From an uncultured cyanobacterium (GTDB lineage Bacteria; Cyanobacteriota; Cyanobacteriia; Cyanobacteriales; Nostocaceae): a stretch of DNA of 64,000 bases. The stretch spans positions 992,001 to 1,056,000 of the forward strand of contig CAVUDP010000002.1 of assembly GCA_963740315.1 (NCBI GenBank). Reading direction: 5' to 3'. Each line of letters starts with the position of its first letter. The first letter of the stretch is position 1. Of this stretch, positions 44,672 through 57,003 are shown piece after piece. The notes beneath the pieces are model-generated. The model was not told the DNA's origin, did no database searches, and saw only the letters and a list, made by a program, of their open reading frames with translations. The position numbers and the translations under genes were made by a program.

Positions 44672-45505
44672 CTAATAATCATCTGGAAAATTAAATAAGG
44701 GTTGAGTATCGTACCAAATTTCAGGAGGAAAAGGAAAATCATCATAGCCTACCCGCAACAAACACAAACCTTGTGGAGGTGCGGCATATTTGACTTCCTC
44801 TCGACGCTCTTGTTGCCAGATTTGAGTAAAATTCTCTAAAGTTAGCTCTCTAGTAGCAACTTGAACCAACATTCCTACCAACAAACGAACCATACCATAT
44901 AGAAATCCATCTGCTTGAATTTCAATATGTACTAATGCCCCACGACGATAGCATTCTACGGCTTGTACGTTTACCCACGAATGCTTGCGCCCGGAATTAG
45001 CACGGTGAAAAGCTGCTAGGTGATGCTTTCCAATTAAAGGTTTGAGCGCAGAATAAATTAAGGATTCATCTAAGGGAGCATGATAATAATGCCAGCTGAA
45101 GGGTTTCACAAATAGATTGGGTAGTTTCTCGTTGTATAGCGTGTAACGATATCGGCGATACGTTGCGCTAAAACGAGCATGCCAATCATTGTTAACACCT
45201 GCCGAAGCCCTAATCAATATACCCGACGGTAAGTAACCATTTAAAATAGATGCCCACTTTGATGGTGGAATCTTACTTATAATATTGAAATGAGCTACTT
45301 GAGCGGCGGCGTGAACTCCACTATCTGTTCTCCCGGCACCATATAAGGTTATGCGCGATCCTGCTACAGTAGAAATTGCTTTTTCAATTTCTTCCTGAAC
45401 GCTACGATATTTGGGCTGCCATTGCCAACCATGAAAATGAGTGCCTTGATATTGGATTACCAAAGCAACCCTTTGAGTAAGTTCGGGTGGTTGGCTTAGA
45501 GACAT
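44672..45505 (-). CDS. truA: tRNA pseudouridine(38-40) synthase
   Basis: AGRTDSGVHA and FLYGMVR. Confidence 0.96.
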   Translation of the reverse strand: MSLSQPPELTQRVALVIQYQGTHFHGWQWQPKYRSVQEEIEKAISTVAGSRITLYGAGRTDSGVHAAAQVAHFNIISKIPPSKWASILNGYLPSGILIRASAGVNNDWHARFSATYRRYRYTLYNEKLPNLFVKPFSWHYYHAPLDESLIYSALKPLIGKHHLAAFHRANSGRKHSWVNVQAVECYRRGALVHIEIQADGFLYGMVRLLVGMLVQVATRELTLENFTQIWQQERREEVKYAAPPQGLCLLRVGYDDFPFPPEIWYDTQPLFNFPDDY

Positions 45506-45553
45506 ACAATTAAATTAAGGATGTTGTTCCAAAAAACTACATCCTTATCCTTT

Positions 45554-45904
45554 TTAGACTAGTTCGATAATTGCCATTTGGGCATTGTCGCCGCGACGAG
45601 GCACTGTATGCAATATTCGGGTATAGCCTCCGTTGCGATCGCCATATCTAGTGGGGACTTGTTCAAACAAAGCGTGAACCAAATCTTTGTCGTAAAGGTA
45701 GCCAATAGCTTGACGGCGTGCGTCTAAAGAACCGTTTTTGGCTAGGGTAATCATTTTATCTACTTCTGCTCGCACCACTTTAGCTCGGGCTATGGTAGTA
45801 GTGATTCGTCCGTGACGAATTACTTCGGTAGAAAGCGCTCGTAATAAGGCACGGCGCTGATCGGCTGGTTTGCTTAGTTTTTTGAGTTTAGAACGGTGAC
45901 GCAT
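45554..45904 (-). CDS. rplQ: 50S ribosomal protein L17
   Basis: MRHR...GGYTRI...RRGDNA. Confidence 0.97.
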   Translation of the reverse strand: MRHRSKLKKLSKPADQRRALLRALSTEVIRHGRITTTIARAKVVRAEVDKMITLAKNGSLDARRQAIGYLYDKDLVHALFEQVPTRYGDRNGGYTRILHTVPRRGDNAQMAIIELV

Positions 45905-45940
45905 GGTGGAAATGGGCGTGTTTGTAATTTCTTGTTCAAT

Positions 45941-46888
45941 TTAAGCGTGTTTTGAAGCTCTTTCTGTTGGCAGAGTAATGCCCAAGCGTCGCTGCAAAGC
46001 TTCTACTACTTCTTCTGCTGACTTCTGACCGAAGTTTTTAATTTCTAAGAGGTCTTCTTGGGTATAATCTAATAAGTCGGCTACCGAGTTCACTTGCGCC
46101 CGCTTCAGACAGTTGTAAGCTCGCACGGAAAGCTGCAATTCTTCGATCGGTATTTGAGCGGTTGGATCTTGGTCAATTTCGGAAACCGTATCCTCTGAGT
46201 TAATTTCGATATTTTTCAGCGGATTAAATAAATCTACTAAAATAGCCGCAGCAGAAGAAAGCGCTTCTTGGGGAGCAATACTACCGTTTGTCCAGACTTC
46301 TAAAAGCAGTCTATCTTTGGGGTACCCATTCTCTCCACGAGTGTCTTCAACGCTGTAATTAACTTTCCGCACCGGCATAAAAATCGAATCTATTTGCAGA
46401 AAATCCAGGGATGTAGCTTCTTCACGACCTCTTTCTACCGTGCGATAGCCTTTACCCTTCTCAATCCGAAATTCCATTTCCAGCCTGCCACCTTCTGCTA
46501 AGGTCGCTATATACTGGGTCTGGTCGATGACTTCTACTTCACTTGGTAAATCAAAGTGCGCTGCGGTAACTGTTGCAGGACCGTTCACAAGCAATCTACC
46601 AATTTGAGGTTGAGGGGAATGGCTTTTGAGAATAAGTTCTTTCATTCTCATAAGGATTTCTAACACATCTTCCCGCACGCCTTTAACGGTGGCAAATTCA
46701 TGAGTTACCCCCGCAATTCGTACTGCTGTAACTGATGTCCCCTCTAAATTAGACAGTAAAACCCGTCGCAGAGCGTTGCCAACGGTTGTTCCTTGACCTC
46801 TTTCTAAAGGTTCCAATACAAATTTAGAATAGTGGCTCCGACTTTCTTCTGTATTAGACTCTACACATTCAATTTGAAACTGCGCCAC
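45941..46888 (-). CDS. rpoA: RNA polymerase subunit alpha
   Basis: EPLERG, GNALRRVLL and SVRAYNCL. Confidence 0.98.
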   Translation of the reverse strand: MAQFQIECVESNTEESRSHYSKFVLEPLERGQGTTVGNALRRVLLSNLEGTSVTAVRIAGVTHEFATVKGVREDVLEILMRMKELILKSHSPQPQIGRLLVNGPATVTAAHFDLPSEVEVIDQTQYIATLAEGGRLEMEFRIEKGKGYRTVERGREEATSLDFLQIDSIFMPVRKVNYSVEDTRGENGYPKDRLLLEVWTNGSIAPQEALSSAAAILVDLFNPLKNIEINSEDTVSEIDQDPTAQIPIEELQLSVRAYNCLKRAQVNSVADLLDYTQEDLLEIKNFGQKSAEEVVEALQRRLGITLPTERASKHA

Positions 46889-47185
46889 GGAGTAACCTCC
46901 CTTCTGAATCAGATCCTATAGCCTTCGGTAAGTCTTTAATTATTCCCTACCCAAACATGATTAATGCCCGAATTGCGGTTTTTGATTATCAAATCGATAA
47001 TTTTCATCGCCACCGGGACGTTATTTATTTTTTATCAAGATGCGAAATTTCATAGCTTTTTGGGTTAGAGCTATTTTATTTCTACGGACAACCGCTTTCT
47101 TCTGAGGGAAGTTTCGGCTTGCGGCAAATGTAATATCATGTTGCTTTGTTTAAGAGCGATCGATGCATACTCATTGCCGAGAGCT

Positions 47186-47581
47186 TTAAACTCTACGTCG
47201 CTTCGGTGGACGGCAACCGTTGTGAGGTATTGGGGTGATATCCCTAATTAAGGTTATTTCCAGTCCCGCTCCTTGAATCGCCCGGATAGCTGTTTCTCGA
47301 CCGGCTCCCGGACCGCTTACCATTACTTCTATCTGACGCATACCTTGATCCATCGCTCTTCTTGCTGCACTCTCAGCTGCTGTTTGAGCGGCAAAAGGCG
47401 TTCCTTTTTTTGCTCCCTTAAAACCACTTGAACCAGCAGAAGCCCAGGATATTACATCTCCATTGGGGTCGGTAATGGTAACGATGCTATTGTTGAAAGT
47501 AGACTGGATAAAGCCGATTCCATTAGGTACGTTACGCTTCTGTTTTCTGCTTCCGCCTTTTTTTCCTGATTGTCGTGCCAT
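47186..47581 (-). CDS. rpsK: 30S ribosomal protein S11
   Basis: [13 protein letters not shown]. Confidence 0.98.
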   Translation of the reverse strand: MARQSGKKGGSRKQKRNVPNGIGFIQSTFNNSIVTITDPNGDVISWASAGSSGFKGAKKGTPFAAQTAAESAARRAMDQGMRQIEVMVSGPGAGRETAIRAIQGAGLEITLIRDITPIPHNGCRPPKRRRV

Positions 47582-47647
47582 ATCGTTATAGTTTAATTAA
47601 GGTAGAAAATCGATTGTCTAAGCGGCATCGAAAAATAATTAATTATT

Positions 47648-48028
47648 TTATTTACCTGGTGCCTTCTTCTTACCAGCTACTGTCTGCCTTCTTCCCCGAC
47701 GAGTTCTGGCATTAGTACGAGTTCTTTGACCTCTAACTGGCAAGCCCATACGGTGACGGCGACCTCTGTAAGTACCAATATCAACCAAGCGTTTGATATT
47801 CATCGCTTCCCAGCGCCTTAAATCACCTTCCACCTGATAGTTTTTCTCTACCTCACCTCGTAAGGTTGCGACATCACTATCGCTCAAATCTTTAACTCTG
47901 GTATCGGGATCGACACCCGTACTCGCCAATATTTTGTGCGAGCTTGTTAAGCCGATTCCAAAAATGTAAGTTAGACCTATTTCAATCCGCTTGTCGCGCG
48001 GTAAGTCTATTCCGGCAATACGTGCCAT
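47648..48028 (-). CDS. rpsM: 30S ribosomal protein S13
   Basis: MARIAG and [10 protein letters not shown]. Confidence 0.98.
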   Translation of the reverse strand: MARIAGIDLPRDKRIEIGLTYIFGIGLTSSHKILASTGVDPDTRVKDLSDSDVATLRGEVEKNYQVEGDLRRWEAMNIKRLVDIGTYRGRRHRMGLPVRGQRTRTNARTRRGRRQTVAGKKKAPGK

Positions 48029-48304
48029 TATAGAAGTCTCCTAATGTTTAATATTCATCTATACTGTGGCTTTAATGTCCAGATGCTGCCAATAAAGTAC
48101 ATCCGAACAATGAATCATACCTTTAATTGCCAACAGAATTTTGCTTCAAGTAACAGCTGTATTGGTTCCTCGTTCTGCCAAACTATAAGAGCGATCGATC
48201 TAAGAATTTGCAATTGTTCTTCTTGCTAAAAACCAAAATCTAAAATAGGACGGCAGATGTCGATTTTACCAAAAGCCGATCGAAACCTTCTTCTCGTAGC
48301 GGTA

Positions 48305-48418
48305 TTATCCCTGACGTTGCTTGTGCTTCGGATTTGGACAAATAACCATTACGCGACCGCGCCGTTTGATCACGCTGCACTTCTCGCACATTTTCTTTAC
48401 GGAGGCTCTTACTTTCAT
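48305..48418 (-). CDS. rpmJ: 50S ribosomal protein L36 (Zn-ribbon type)
   Basis: Not in the ORF track; translated manually as [37 protein letters not shown]. Confidence 0.97.
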   Translation of the reverse strand: MKVRASVKKMCEKCSVIKRRGRVMVICPNPKHKQRQG

Positions 48419-48530
48419 TGCCTTCTTAATTAACTCCAAATAGTAAATTATAACACGAAATACGAAAATTTTCCGTTAAATGGGTGTAAGACAAAAAATC
48501 TTAGATTGTAGTATAATATTCAACATAAGC

Positions 48531-48755
48531 TTACTTCTTACGCAAACGATAGGTAATTCGACCTTTTGTGAGGTCATAAGGGGTTAACTCGACTTTCACG
48601 CGATCGCCAGGTAGAATTTTGATATAGTTGCGGCGAATTTTGCCAGAAATGTGAGCTAAAACGTTAAAGCCGTTATCTAGGTCTACACGGAACATGGCAT
48701 TAGGCAACGATTCTGTCACCGTGCCTTCCATTTCAATTAAATCTTGTTTGGACAA
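48531..48755 (-). CDS. infA: Translation initiation factor IF-1
   Basis: LPNAMFRV...ISGKIR; TTG start. Confidence 0.97.
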
Positions 48756-48952
48756 TTTGTTTTTCCTTCAACTTAACAGTCTTTTTGATTGCAGTTGCCG
48801 AAACTGCATTTGTTGCGATCGTTTGTATCAACAATTTATTAATATATCTTATTCAAAGTTTTATTGCCGAAATGGCGGGCGCGTGGTTAATTGCTAGTAG
48901 ATAGTTGTTGGAGTAAAAAACTAACTACTAACAGCGCGGGCTTCTAACACTT

Positions 48953-49510
48953 CTAACAACTGACAATTAAATCTTTGAGGTTAGAAGTAACTTCTCCCTC
49001 GGATTTATTGCCATCGATTACGACTAACTGTTTGCGATCGCCGTAATAATCAATTAAAGGTGTAGTTTCAGAACGGTAAACTTGAAGACGACGACGAATA
49101 ACAACTTCGGTATCATCTTTTCGTCCCCGTTCTAACAAACGCCCTACTACCACATCATCTGGCACATCTAGGTTGACCACCATTGCGCCATCTAAATTCA
49201 TTTTTTGCAACAAATTATCTAAAAAAATAGCTTGATTAACGGTGCGGGGAAAACCGTCAAGAATCCATCCGGAACTAGTATCCGCCATGTGCAAGCGTTC
49301 GGACACCATGTCCTGCACTAATTCATTAGGAACTAGCTGACCGCTATCTACATAGCTTTTAGCTTTAACCCCTAAAGGTGTTTGTTGTTTAATTGCTTCG
49401 CGGAGAATATCGCCAGTAGAAATATGAGGAACTTGCCAATGCTGGGCTAAATTTTTAGCTTGAGTTCCCTTACCAGCTCCGGGTGGTCCTAAAAAGATGA
49501 TTCGCGTCAT
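48953..49510 (-). CDS. adk: Adenylate kinase (short, lid-less type)
   Basis: GPPGAGKGTQ and LDGFPRT. Confidence 0.96.
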   Translation of the reverse strand: MTRIIFLGPPGAGKGTQAKNLAQHWQVPHISTGDILREAIKQQTPLGVKAKSYVDSGQLVPNELVQDMVSERLHMADTSSGWILDGFPRTVNQAIFLDNLLQKMNLDGAMVVNLDVPDDVVVGRLLERGRKDDTEVVIRRRLQVYRSETTPLIDYYGDRKQLVVIDGNKSEGEVTSNLKDLIVSC

Positions 49511-49670
49511 TTGATTTTGAATTGTCCTCTTCTTGAAAGAATAGGCTTACGGATGCACAAATTTTAGATTTTAAATCAATATTCTAAGATTTGATAATTT
49601 TAGATTATCTCTTGAATAATACGCGATCGTACTTGTTTTTTAATCTAAAATCCAAAATTGAGTCAGGTCA

Positions 49671-50984
49671 CTATTGTTTCACCATCCCTTCATAACGTTG
49701 AGAGATAACATAGGTTTGGACTTGTTTAGCAGTATCAATAGCTACACCTACCAAAATTAATAAAGATGTAGCACCCAAACCTCGGAAAGTTGTTACATTC
49801 AATGTTTGTTCCACAACAGTAGGAATAATCGCAACCAATCCCAAGAAGCCAGCACCTAAAAAGGTAAGTCGATTAATTGTTCTTTCTAAATATTCGCTTG
49901 TTGCTTTACCAGGACGAATTCCCGGAATAGAAGAACCCATTTTCTTCAAATTCTGAGCAATATCAACTGGATTGACAATCAAGGAAGAATAGAAGTAGCT
50001 AAAGAAAATAATTGAAAACAGATATATTAGTGCGTAAGCCCACCAGTGACTACCATTTGGACTTAGATAGCTGCTTGTAAAGTTAGCTATTTGCTGATTT
50101 TTAGTAAAGTTGCCAATTAAAAGCGGTAAGCTCAAAATTGCAGTTGCAAAAATAATCGGCATTACTCCACCCTGATTGAGTCGCAGGGGTAAGAAGCTGC
50201 GCTGTTCGGCGAGAACTCTTCTGCCTACTTGTCGTCTAGCCGAAATAATAGGAATGCGGCGCATTCCTTCTTGCACAAATACAATACCGACAATTGTTGC
50301 TAAGAAAAGCAGTAACAATACAACTACTTGACCTACTGCTTGACGACCTCCAATTTGAGCAAAGGTAATGGTACTGCCCAAAGTTTTAGGTAGGGAAGAC
50401 ACAATGTTAAGGAAAATAAGTAATGAAGCTCCATTACCAATTCCTCTTTCTGTAATTACTTCCGATGCCCACATCACGAACATCGAACCAGCAACAAGAG
50501 CTAAAGCAGTCTCAAACACGAAAACCGGACCGAAGTCAATCGCAAAGCCTTTCAACCAAACTGCACTAATAAATATGCTCTGCACGATTGCCCAACCCAA
50601 AGCCACATATCGTGTAATTTGAGAAATCTTTCGTCTTCCAGCTTCACCTTCGTCTTTCTGTAACTTTTCTAAACTTGGAATAGCAGCCGTGAGTAGTTGG
50701 ATGATAATCGAAGCATTGATAAAGGGTAGAATACCAAGAGTGAAGACTCCCAGAGCAGAAAATCCACCACCAGAAAAGATATCCAGAATGCCTCCCAACC
50801 CATTACCTTGTGCAAGCGAGGCACCAAAAGCTTGACGGTCTATTCCTGGAATAGGTATATAGATACCCAAACGAATCAAAAGTAAAATACCTATGGTCAC
50901 AAACAGCCGACCTCTTAAACCGGCTGCTTGCGCCATCTGCATAAAAGTTTCTTGAGCGGAAGGAGCTTTATCTCGACTTATCAT
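49671..50984 (-). CDS. secY: Preprotein translocase subunit SecY
   Basis: LGILPFINASII, GIGNG and IPGIRPG. Confidence 0.98.
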   Translation of the reverse strand: MISRDKAPSAQETFMQMAQAAGLRGRLFVTIGILLLIRLGIYIPIPGIDRQAFGASLAQGNGLGGILDIFSGGGFSALGVFTLGILPFINASIIIQLLTAAIPSLEKLQKDEGEAGRRKISQITRYVALGWAIVQSIFISAVWLKGFAIDFGPVFVFETALALVAGSMFVMWASEVITERGIGNGASLLIFLNIVSSLPKTLGSTITFAQIGGRQAVGQVVVLLLLFLATIVGIVFVQEGMRRIPIISARRQVGRRVLAEQRSFLPLRLNQGGVMPIIFATAILSLPLLIGNFTKNQQIANFTSSYLSPNGSHWWAYALIYLFSIIFFSYFYSSLIVNPVDIAQNLKKMGSSIPGIRPGKATSEYLERTINRLTFLGAGFLGLVAIIPTVVEQTLNVTTFRGLGATSLLILVGVAIDTAKQVQTYVISQRYEGMVKQ

Positions 50985-51069
50985 AATGACGGTCTACCTC
51001 ACAATTGTTAACCAGGCTTTAGATGGCGTTCGTAAGAAGACTGCTTGTAGTGCTTTTATGCTGACTCAC

Positions 51070-51513
51070 TTATACAACTTCACAACTGCCACCCGCTGCC
51101 TCAATTTTGCTACGAGCCGTACCCGTAAAAGCTGCGGCTTGTACTTTTAGAGCAACATTCAATTCTCCATCTCCAAGAATTTTTAATGCTCCTTGTACGG
51201 CAGTGAGAATACCATTCTCTTGCAACGAGGTCGCATTAACTTCTGTATTTGCTGGGAGTGAAGATAGCTTCTCTACATTAATCGTAGTGTATATTTTACG
51301 ATTAATGAGGGGAAAACCTTTAAGTTTGGGTACCCGACGGTAAAGGGGCTGCTGACCACCTTCAAAACCCGGTCTGGTTCCTCTACCGGAACGAGATTTT
51401 TGACCCCGCATACCGAAGCCGCAGCTAGCGCCTTGACCCGCTGCAATACCTCGTCCAACGCGGCGACCGCGATTTTTGGAACCCTTTTGAGGGCGAGCAT
51501 CGTGTAGTCTCAT
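51070..51513 (-). CDS. rplO: 50S ribosomal protein L15
   Basis: GFEGGQQPL. Confidence 0.97.
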   Translation of the reverse strand: MRLHDARPQKGSKNRGRRVGRGIAAGQGASCGFGMRGQKSRSGRGTRPGFEGGQQPLYRRVPKLKGFPLINRKIYTTINVEKLSSLPANTEVNATSLQENGILTAVQGALKILGDGELNVALKVQAAAFTGTARSKIEAAGGSCEVV

Positions 51514-51561
51514 AATTAGTTTTTTTTGTATTAATTTACACGATTAATCGTAAATACAACT

Positions 51562-52089
51562 CTACTGGGCGTAGAGCTTTTCAATAGCAACACCTCTGTC
51601 TTCAGCGACTTCACTGAAGTTACGCAATACCGCAAGAGCGTTCATTGCTGCTCTGGCATTGTTTAGAGGATTGTTAGACCCAAGTTGTTTTGCCAAGACG
51701 TTGCGAACGCCAGCCAATTCCAATACGGTACGCACCGCACCACCAGCAATTACACCAGTACCGGGTGCTGCGGGTCGCATGATGACTTTAGCACCGCCAC
51801 CAATACCGTTAGTGGGATGAGGAATAGAATTTGATTTAGTAATTGGAATATCTACCAAATGTTTTTTACCATCGGCTACGCCTTTTTTCACGGCTCCGAT
51901 GACATCGCTAGCTTTACCTACTCCAACACCAACTTGACCGCGTTCGTTACCAACGACTACAATTGCCCGGAAGCTGAGTTTTTTACCTCCTTTGACAACT
52001 TTACTTACCCGTCGGATTTGAATTACTCGCTCTTGCCAGTTGGTTTCTTCTTTTTTAGCTCGGCTCGTTTTACGACGATTGTTTGCCAT
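51562..52089 (-). CDS. rpsE: 30S ribosomal protein S5
   Basis: KVVKGG and GTGVIAGG. Confidence 0.97.
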   Translation of the reverse strand: MANNRRKTSRAKKEETNWQERVIQIRRVSKVVKGGKKLSFRAIVVVGNERGQVGVGVGKASDVIGAVKKGVADGKKHLVDIPITKSNSIPHPTNGIGGGAKVIMRPAAPGTGVIAGGAVRTVLELAGVRNVLAKQLGSNNPLNNARAAMNALAVLRNFSEVAEDRGVAIEKLYAQ

Positions 52090-52199
52090 GTTTAAATGCT
52101 CTGTGTATTTACTTATCGGTTGCCTTTCAATTAGTAATAAATAATCAAATAAATTGTTATTTACCGCTTTTATTAATCGCCGATAAACTTAGACGTTAC

Positions 52200-52562
52200 C
52201 TAGAAACTTAAACCAGCTTCTCGTGCTGCATCAGCTAAAGCCTTGACACGTCCGTGGTAAAGGTTGCCTCCACGGTCGAAAACGACTTGGTTTATACCTT
52301 TTTCCAAGGCTCGTGCAGCTAATGTCTTACCAACTTCAGTAGAAGCCTGTTGATTAGAACCAGATTCCAATTTCGATTTTAATTCGGGTTCTATACTCGA
52401 TGCTGTAGCCAAAGTCTTTTGTAAGGTATCGTCTATCACTTGAGCGTAAATATGCTCGTTAGAGCGATACACTGCCAAACGCGGACGATCGCTTGACCCA
52501 AATACTTTGCCTCTGATGCGTCGATGACGACGGTTTCTTGATTTTGTGCGGGTAATTTTCAT
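52200..52562 (-). CDS. rplR: 50S ribosomal protein L18
   Basis: RPRLAVYRS and FDRGG. Confidence 0.97.
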   Translation of the reverse strand: MKITRTKSRNRRHRRIRGKVFGSSDRPRLAVYRSNEHIYAQVIDDTLQKTLATASSIEPELKSKLESGSNQQASTEVGKTLAARALEKGINQVVFDRGGNLYHGRVKALADAAREAGLSF

Positions 52563-52573
52563 GATTTAACGAT

Positions 52574-53125
52574 TTACTTCTTACCACCTTTACCAGCTTT
52601 ACCAGCTTTACGTCTGACAACTTCGTTCTCATAGCGAACACCTTTACCTTTATAAGGCTCCGGTGGACGAACGGCGCGAATTTGAGCAGTTGTATTACCA
52701 ACTACTTCTTTGTCGTAACCGCTGACTACGATCGCAAGTCCTTTTTCTTCAACCGCGAATTGAATCCCATCTGGTGGAGCAATCTCTACCGGATGGCTGT
52801 ATCCAACACTCAGAACTAGATCGCGACCTTTGAGTTGCGCTCGATAACCAACCCCTTGGAGTTGCAACTTACGTTGGAATCCTTGAGAAACGCCCTCAAC
52901 CATGTTGGAAACCAAACTACGGCTCAAGCCGTGCATTTGACGGCACACTCTCGAATCATCTTGACGCGCTACCGTTATGATGTCTCCTTCTTGAGAAATG
53001 CTGACTTCACTTGGAAGTTCGCGAGACAGTTCGCCTTTAGGACCTTTTACAGATACTTTGGCTCCGTCAATTGTTACTTGTACTTTATTAGGTACTGCGA
53101 TCGGCTGTTTACCAATTCTAGACAT
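52574..53125 (-). CDS. rplF: 50S ribosomal protein L6
   Basis: MSRIGK and PEPYKGKG. Confidence 0.97.
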   Translation of the reverse strand: MSRIGKQPIAVPNKVQVTIDGAKVSVKGPKGELSRELPSEVSISQEGDIITVARQDDSRVCRQMHGLSRSLVSNMVEGVSQGFQRKLQLQGVGYRAQLKGRDLVLSVGYSHPVEIAPPDGIQFAVEEKGLAIVVSGYDKEVVGNTTAQIRAVRPPEPYKGKGVRYENEVVRRKAGKAGKGGKK

Positions 53126-53256
53126 GGTTCTTTGTCCTTAAATGTCCCAATTTTGGATTTTGGATCGAGGAAATTATAAGCACTACTAGAAATAAAAACT
53201 TATTTCTAAGTAGGGAATCTAAAGAAATCTATTATCTAAAATCCAAAATTTACTGA

Positions 53257-53658
53257 TTACCAAACGTGGCAAAGTACTTCGCCGCCTACATTTTGTTGGC
53301 GTGCTTGTCGATCGGTCATGATCCCGGAGGATGTAGATATTATGGCGATGCCAATACCGCCTAATACCCTTGGTAAATCCTTCTTGTTAGAGTAAACTCG
53401 CAAACCCGGTCTACTTACCCGCTTGAGGGTAGTAATGATTGGTTGACGATTTTTCTTGTATTTTAGAGAGATTACCAAATGACTCCTAATTCCTTCTCCG
53501 GCTGTTTCAAAATCATTGATAAAGCCTTCTTCCCGTAGTACCTTAGCTATACTATGGGTCATTTTCGTTGCTGGCACTTGTGTTGTTTGATGCCGAGCCA
53601 AATTGGCGTTGCGGATGCGCGTCAGCATATCTGCAATTGTGTCGTTTGCCGCCATCAT
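53257..53658 (-). CDS. rpsH: 30S ribosomal protein S8
   Basis: [12 protein letters not shown] and SRPGLRVY. Confidence 0.97.
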   Translation of the reverse strand: MMAANDTIADMLTRIRNANLARHQTTQVPATKMTHSIAKVLREEGFINDFETAGEGIRSHLVISLKYKKNRQPIITTLKRVSRPGLRVYSNKKDLPRVLGGIGIAIISTSSGIMTDRQARQQNVGGEVLCHVW

Positions 53659-53676
53659 TTCCTCTATTAAATGAAC

Positions 53677-54222
53677 TTATTGCTCCCGAAAGGGCATTCC
53701 CATTTCTTTTAGTAAAGCGCGACCTTCTTCATCATCTTTAGCTGTTGTAATGATGGAGATGTCCATACCGCGAATCTGGTCAACTTGGTCGTATTCGACC
53801 TCTGGAAAAATTAATTGTTCTCTGACTCCCAGAGTATAATTTCCCCGACCATCAAAGCTTTTTGGACTGATACCGCGAAAGTCGCGAATTCTAGGCAATG
53901 ACAAATTAATCAGGCGATCGAGAAAGTTGTACATTTTACCGCTTCTAAGAGTGACCATCACTCCTACAGGCATACCTTCCCGAATTTTGAATCCTGCGAT
54001 TGCCTTTTTTGCCCGCGTCACTACCGGCTTTTGTCCGGTAATCAGCGCAATTTCGCTTAAAGATGCTTCTAATGCCTTTGCATTTTGAGAAGCTTCCCCC
54101 AATCCTCGGTTAATAGTTACTTTTATAACCTTGGGAACCTGATGAATATTTGAATATTCAAATTGTTTCATCAAATTGGGGACAATAGTTTCGAGATATT
54201 TACTTTTTAATCCTACTGCCAT
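53677..54222 (-). CDS. rplE: 50S ribosomal protein L5
   Basis: ITGQKP and LPRIRDFRG. Confidence 0.97.
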   Translation of the reverse strand: MAVGLKSKYLETIVPNLMKQFEYSNIHQVPKVIKVTINRGLGEASQNAKALEASLSEIALITGQKPVVTRAKKAIAGFKIREGMPVGVMVTLRSGKMYNFLDRLINLSLPRIRDFRGISPKSFDGRGNYTLGVREQLIFPEVEYDQVDQIRGMDISIITTAKDDEEGRALLKEMGMPFREQ

Positions 54223-54352
54223 TTTTTCTCCTAATCCCTGGGCTTGGTCAGGGAATAAATTTGTTAAGAATAAGAAAGGTCTGCATGTTGAAGGTCAAAG
54301 GTTAAAATTATACTAAACTCTAAACTCCTAACTCATAACTCCTAACTCTTAA

Positions 54353-54706
54353 CTATTTGTCTAACGTTTCCCCAGTTTTTTTCAACATACGGACTTTTTT
54401 ACCTTCTTGGGTAAAGGTGTAACATACGCGAGAAGCTACGTTTTCCTTGGTGGAATAAAGCATGACGTTGGAACTGTGAATGGGAAATTCCTGGGTAACA
54501 ATTCTTCCAGATTCACCTTCCTGCTGCGGCTTCACGTGCTTAGTTTTTATATTTACACCCTTGATAATAACTTTACTATCTTTAGGAATTGCCTGAACAA
54601 TTTCACCGACTTTGCCTTTGTCTTTTCCTGAAATTACCTGTACGGTATCTCCAGTTTTGACGTGCATTTTATGAAATTGGGTTTTCGTTTTTTTCTTAAC
54701 TGCCAT
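54353..54706 (-). CDS. rplX: 50S ribosomal protein L24
   Basis: KOW motif [14 protein letters not shown]. Confidence 0.97.
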   Translation of the reverse strand: MAVKKKTKTQFHKMHVKTGDTVQVISGKDKGKVGEIVQAIPKDSKVIIKGVNIKTKHVKPQQEGESGRIVTQEFPIHSSNVMLYSTKENVASRVCYTFTQEGKKVRMLKKTGETLDK

Positions 54707-55074
54707 TACAGTACCTCCGGTGCCAGAGAAACTATTTTAGTAAAGTTTTTCTCGCGCAATTCCCGCGCTACGGGACCAAATACCCGCGTTCCTCTGGGAT
54801 TTCCATCTTGGTTGATTATGACTGCGGCATTGTCATCAAAGCGGATAGTCATGCCACTGTCACGATTTACGCCTTTTCTAGTACGGACGATTACAGCCTG
54901 AACCACATCAGACTTTTTGATCGCCATATTTGGTTGGGCATCTTTGACTACAGCGATTATTCGATCGCCAATGCTGCCATAGCTACGGTTTCCAGCACCC
55001 AGAACGCGGATGCACATTAATTTACGGGCACCGCTGTTATCTGCAACATTAAGGTAAGACTGGGCTTGTATCAC
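54706..55074 (-). CDS. rplN: 50S ribosomal protein L14
   Basis: VADNSGA and SLAPEVL. Confidence 0.98.
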   Translation of the reverse strand: MIQAQSYLNVADNSGARKLMCIRVLGAGNRSYGSIGDRIIAVVKDAQPNMAIKKSDVVQAVIVRTRKGVNRDSGMTIRFDDNAAVIINQDGNPRGTRVFGPVARELREKNFTKIVSLAPEVL

Positions 55075-55122
55075 GATTTTTCTCCGTTATAAAGTTGCTA
55101 GCTATGTAACAACCGCTAATTA

Positions 55123-55371
55123 CTAGTTATTCCTACTATTAAGGACTTCCTTAACTTGCCAGCGTTTGGTCTTACTCAGGGGTCTGGTTTCCTGAATCCG
55201 AACGCGATCGCCTTCTTTGCAATTATTTTCTTCGTCGTGAACTTTGTAGCGTTTAGTTGTGACTACAATTTTGCCGTATTTTTGATGGCTTGTCCGGCTT
55301 TCTATGGCGACTACCACTGTTTTTTGCATTTTGTCGCTGACAACCAAACCAACTCTTTCTTTAATAGCCAT
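55123..55371 (-). CDS. rpsQ: 30S ribosomal protein S17
   Basis: VVSDKMQKT and RPLSKTK. Confidence 0.97.
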   Translation of the reverse strand: MAIKERVGLVVSDKMQKTVVVAIESRTSHQKYGKIVVTTKRYKVHDEENNCKEGDRVRIQETRPLSKTKRWQVKEVLNSRNN

Positions 55372-55419
55372 AATTCACTAAATTCATGTTTTTTACTAGT
55401 ATTAGCTATAAATTATTAT

Positions 55420-55641
55420 TTACTCCGAATCTTGAGAAGTTGTAGCGCGTTTGCGTTCACCTTCTACTGTCATTAATTGAGCTAAACGGTGACGTTCGTG
55501 TTTAAACTGTGCGGGTTTCTCTAATTGTCGAGTTGCTTGTTGCAAGCGCAAGTCAAACAATCGCTTTTTAGTAGCAGTAATTTCTTGCGCTAATTGCTCG
55601 TCGCTCAAATCTCTTGCTTCTGAAATTTTAGGAAAAGGCAT
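55420..55641 (-). CDS. rpmC: 50S ribosomal protein L29
   Basis: LFDLRLQ; operon position. Confidence 0.94.
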   Translation of the reverse strand: MPFPKISEARDLSDEQLAQEITATKKRLFDLRLQQATRQLEKPAQFKHERHRLAQLMTVEGERKRATTSQDSE

Positions 55642-55644
55642 AAT

Positions 55645-56070
55645 TTATGAAGAAGGCTCCTGTTCTTCGCGGGCAATAAACTTAGTTTTAATTGGTAGCT
55701 TGTGTGATGCCAAACGCATTGCTTCGCGAGCAGTTTCTTCAGTTACACCAGCAATTTCAAACAAAATTCTTCCTGGCTTAACTACAGCTACCCAATATTC
55801 TGGATTACCTTTACCAGAACCCATTCGGGTTTCTGCGGGACGCATTGTTACTGGCTTGTCAGGAAATACTCGAATCCAGATTTTACCGCCCCTACGAATG
55901 TAACGAGTCATGGCTCGTCGGGAAGCTTCGATTTGACGAGAGGTAATCCAAGATGGTTCTTGAGCCTGGAGAGCAAAATCACCAAAGTTGAGATTGCTAC
56001 CTCGCGTTGCTAACCCTTTCATCCGCCCGCGATGTTGTTTGCGGAATTTAGTTCTTTTAGGACTTAACAT
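55645..56070 (-). CDS. rplP: 50S ribosomal protein L16
   Basis: RMGSGKG. Confidence 0.98.
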   Translation of the reverse strand: MLSPKRTKFRKQHRGRMKGLATRGSNLNFGDFALQAQEPSWITSRQIEASRRAMTRYIRRGGKIWIRVFPDKPVTMRPAETRMGSGKGNPEYWVAVVKPGRILFEIAGVTEETAREAMRLASHKLPIKTKFIAREEQEPSS

Positions 56071-56071
56071 T

Positions 56072-56176
56072 TTTAGTTGTTAGTTGTTAGTAGATAGTTG
56101 TTAGTAGATAGTTGTTAGTAGATAGTTGTTAGCTCTTATAACTAATAATCAATAACTAATAACTAATAATTAACAA
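56072..56176. repeat. (TAGATAGTTGTTAG)x3 and related heptamers in the rpsC-rplP spacer
   Basis: Directly visible. Confidence 0.8.
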
Positions 56177-56935
56177 CTAATTCTCATTTGAACGGTCTTC
56201 AAAAGAAGGACGACGACGGTTTTGATTTTGGCGGCGACGAGGTTCGCGTTCGTTTCTAGGGTTAGAAGTTGATGGTTCTTCTTCTCCGGGAATAACCTCT
56301 CCTTTGAATACCCAAACTTTGATGCCAAGGATACCGTAAATGGTTTTAGCGGTAACGTAAGCGTAATCAATATTAGCTCTTAGGGTATGTAAGGGAACTC
56401 TACCCTCACGAGTCCACTCTGTACGAGCAATTTCCGCACCGTTCAAGCGTCCGCTAACTTGAATTTTGATACCCTGTACTCCCGCACGTTGCGCTCGCTG
56501 AATCGCTTGGCGCACTACTCTACGGAAAGAAACCCGGCGTTCAAGTTGTTGGGCTATGTATTCGCCAATCAAAAAGGCATCAGCATCAACGCGCTGTACT
56601 TCAACAACGTTGATCCGAATCTGACGATTACCGCCTAATGCCTGTTGCAGTCCGGTACGTAAAGCTTCAATACCTTGTCCGCCTCGACCTACTACTACAC
56701 CAGGTCTTGCAGTACGTACTTCTAGATCGATCTGGTCTGCTTTACGCTCGATCTTAACTTCAGAAATTCCAGCATTATTTTGAGCATTTCTACCCAACTT
56801 ATTCTCTATATACTGGCGAAGTTTGTAGTCTTCTTGAAGTAATTCTGGATATCGAGAAGGATCTGCGAACCAACGAGATTGATGTTCTTTTGTAATTCCA
56901 AGGCGAAATCCGATTGGATTAATCTTTTGTCCCAC
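56177..56935 (-). CDS. rpsC: 30S ribosomal protein S3
   Basis: [12 protein letters not shown] and [10 protein letters not shown]. Confidence 0.98.
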   Translation of the reverse strand: MGQKINPIGFRLGITKEHQSRWFADPSRYPELLQEDYKLRQYIENKLGRNAQNNAGISEVKIERKADQIDLEVRTARPGVVVGRGGQGIEALRTGLQQALGGNRQIRINVVEVQRVDADAFLIGEYIAQQLERRVSFRRVVRQAIQRAQRAGVQGIKIQVSGRLNGAEIARTEWTREGRVPLHTLRANIDYAYVTAKTIYGILGIKVWVFKGEVIPGEEEPSTSNPRNEREPRRRQNQNRRRPSFEDRSNEN

Positions 56936-57003
56936 TTACGATCTCCTCTAAATTTTATTAGCACTCTCCGCAAGGCAATGACTTTTATGACTGAGTGCCG
57001 TCT

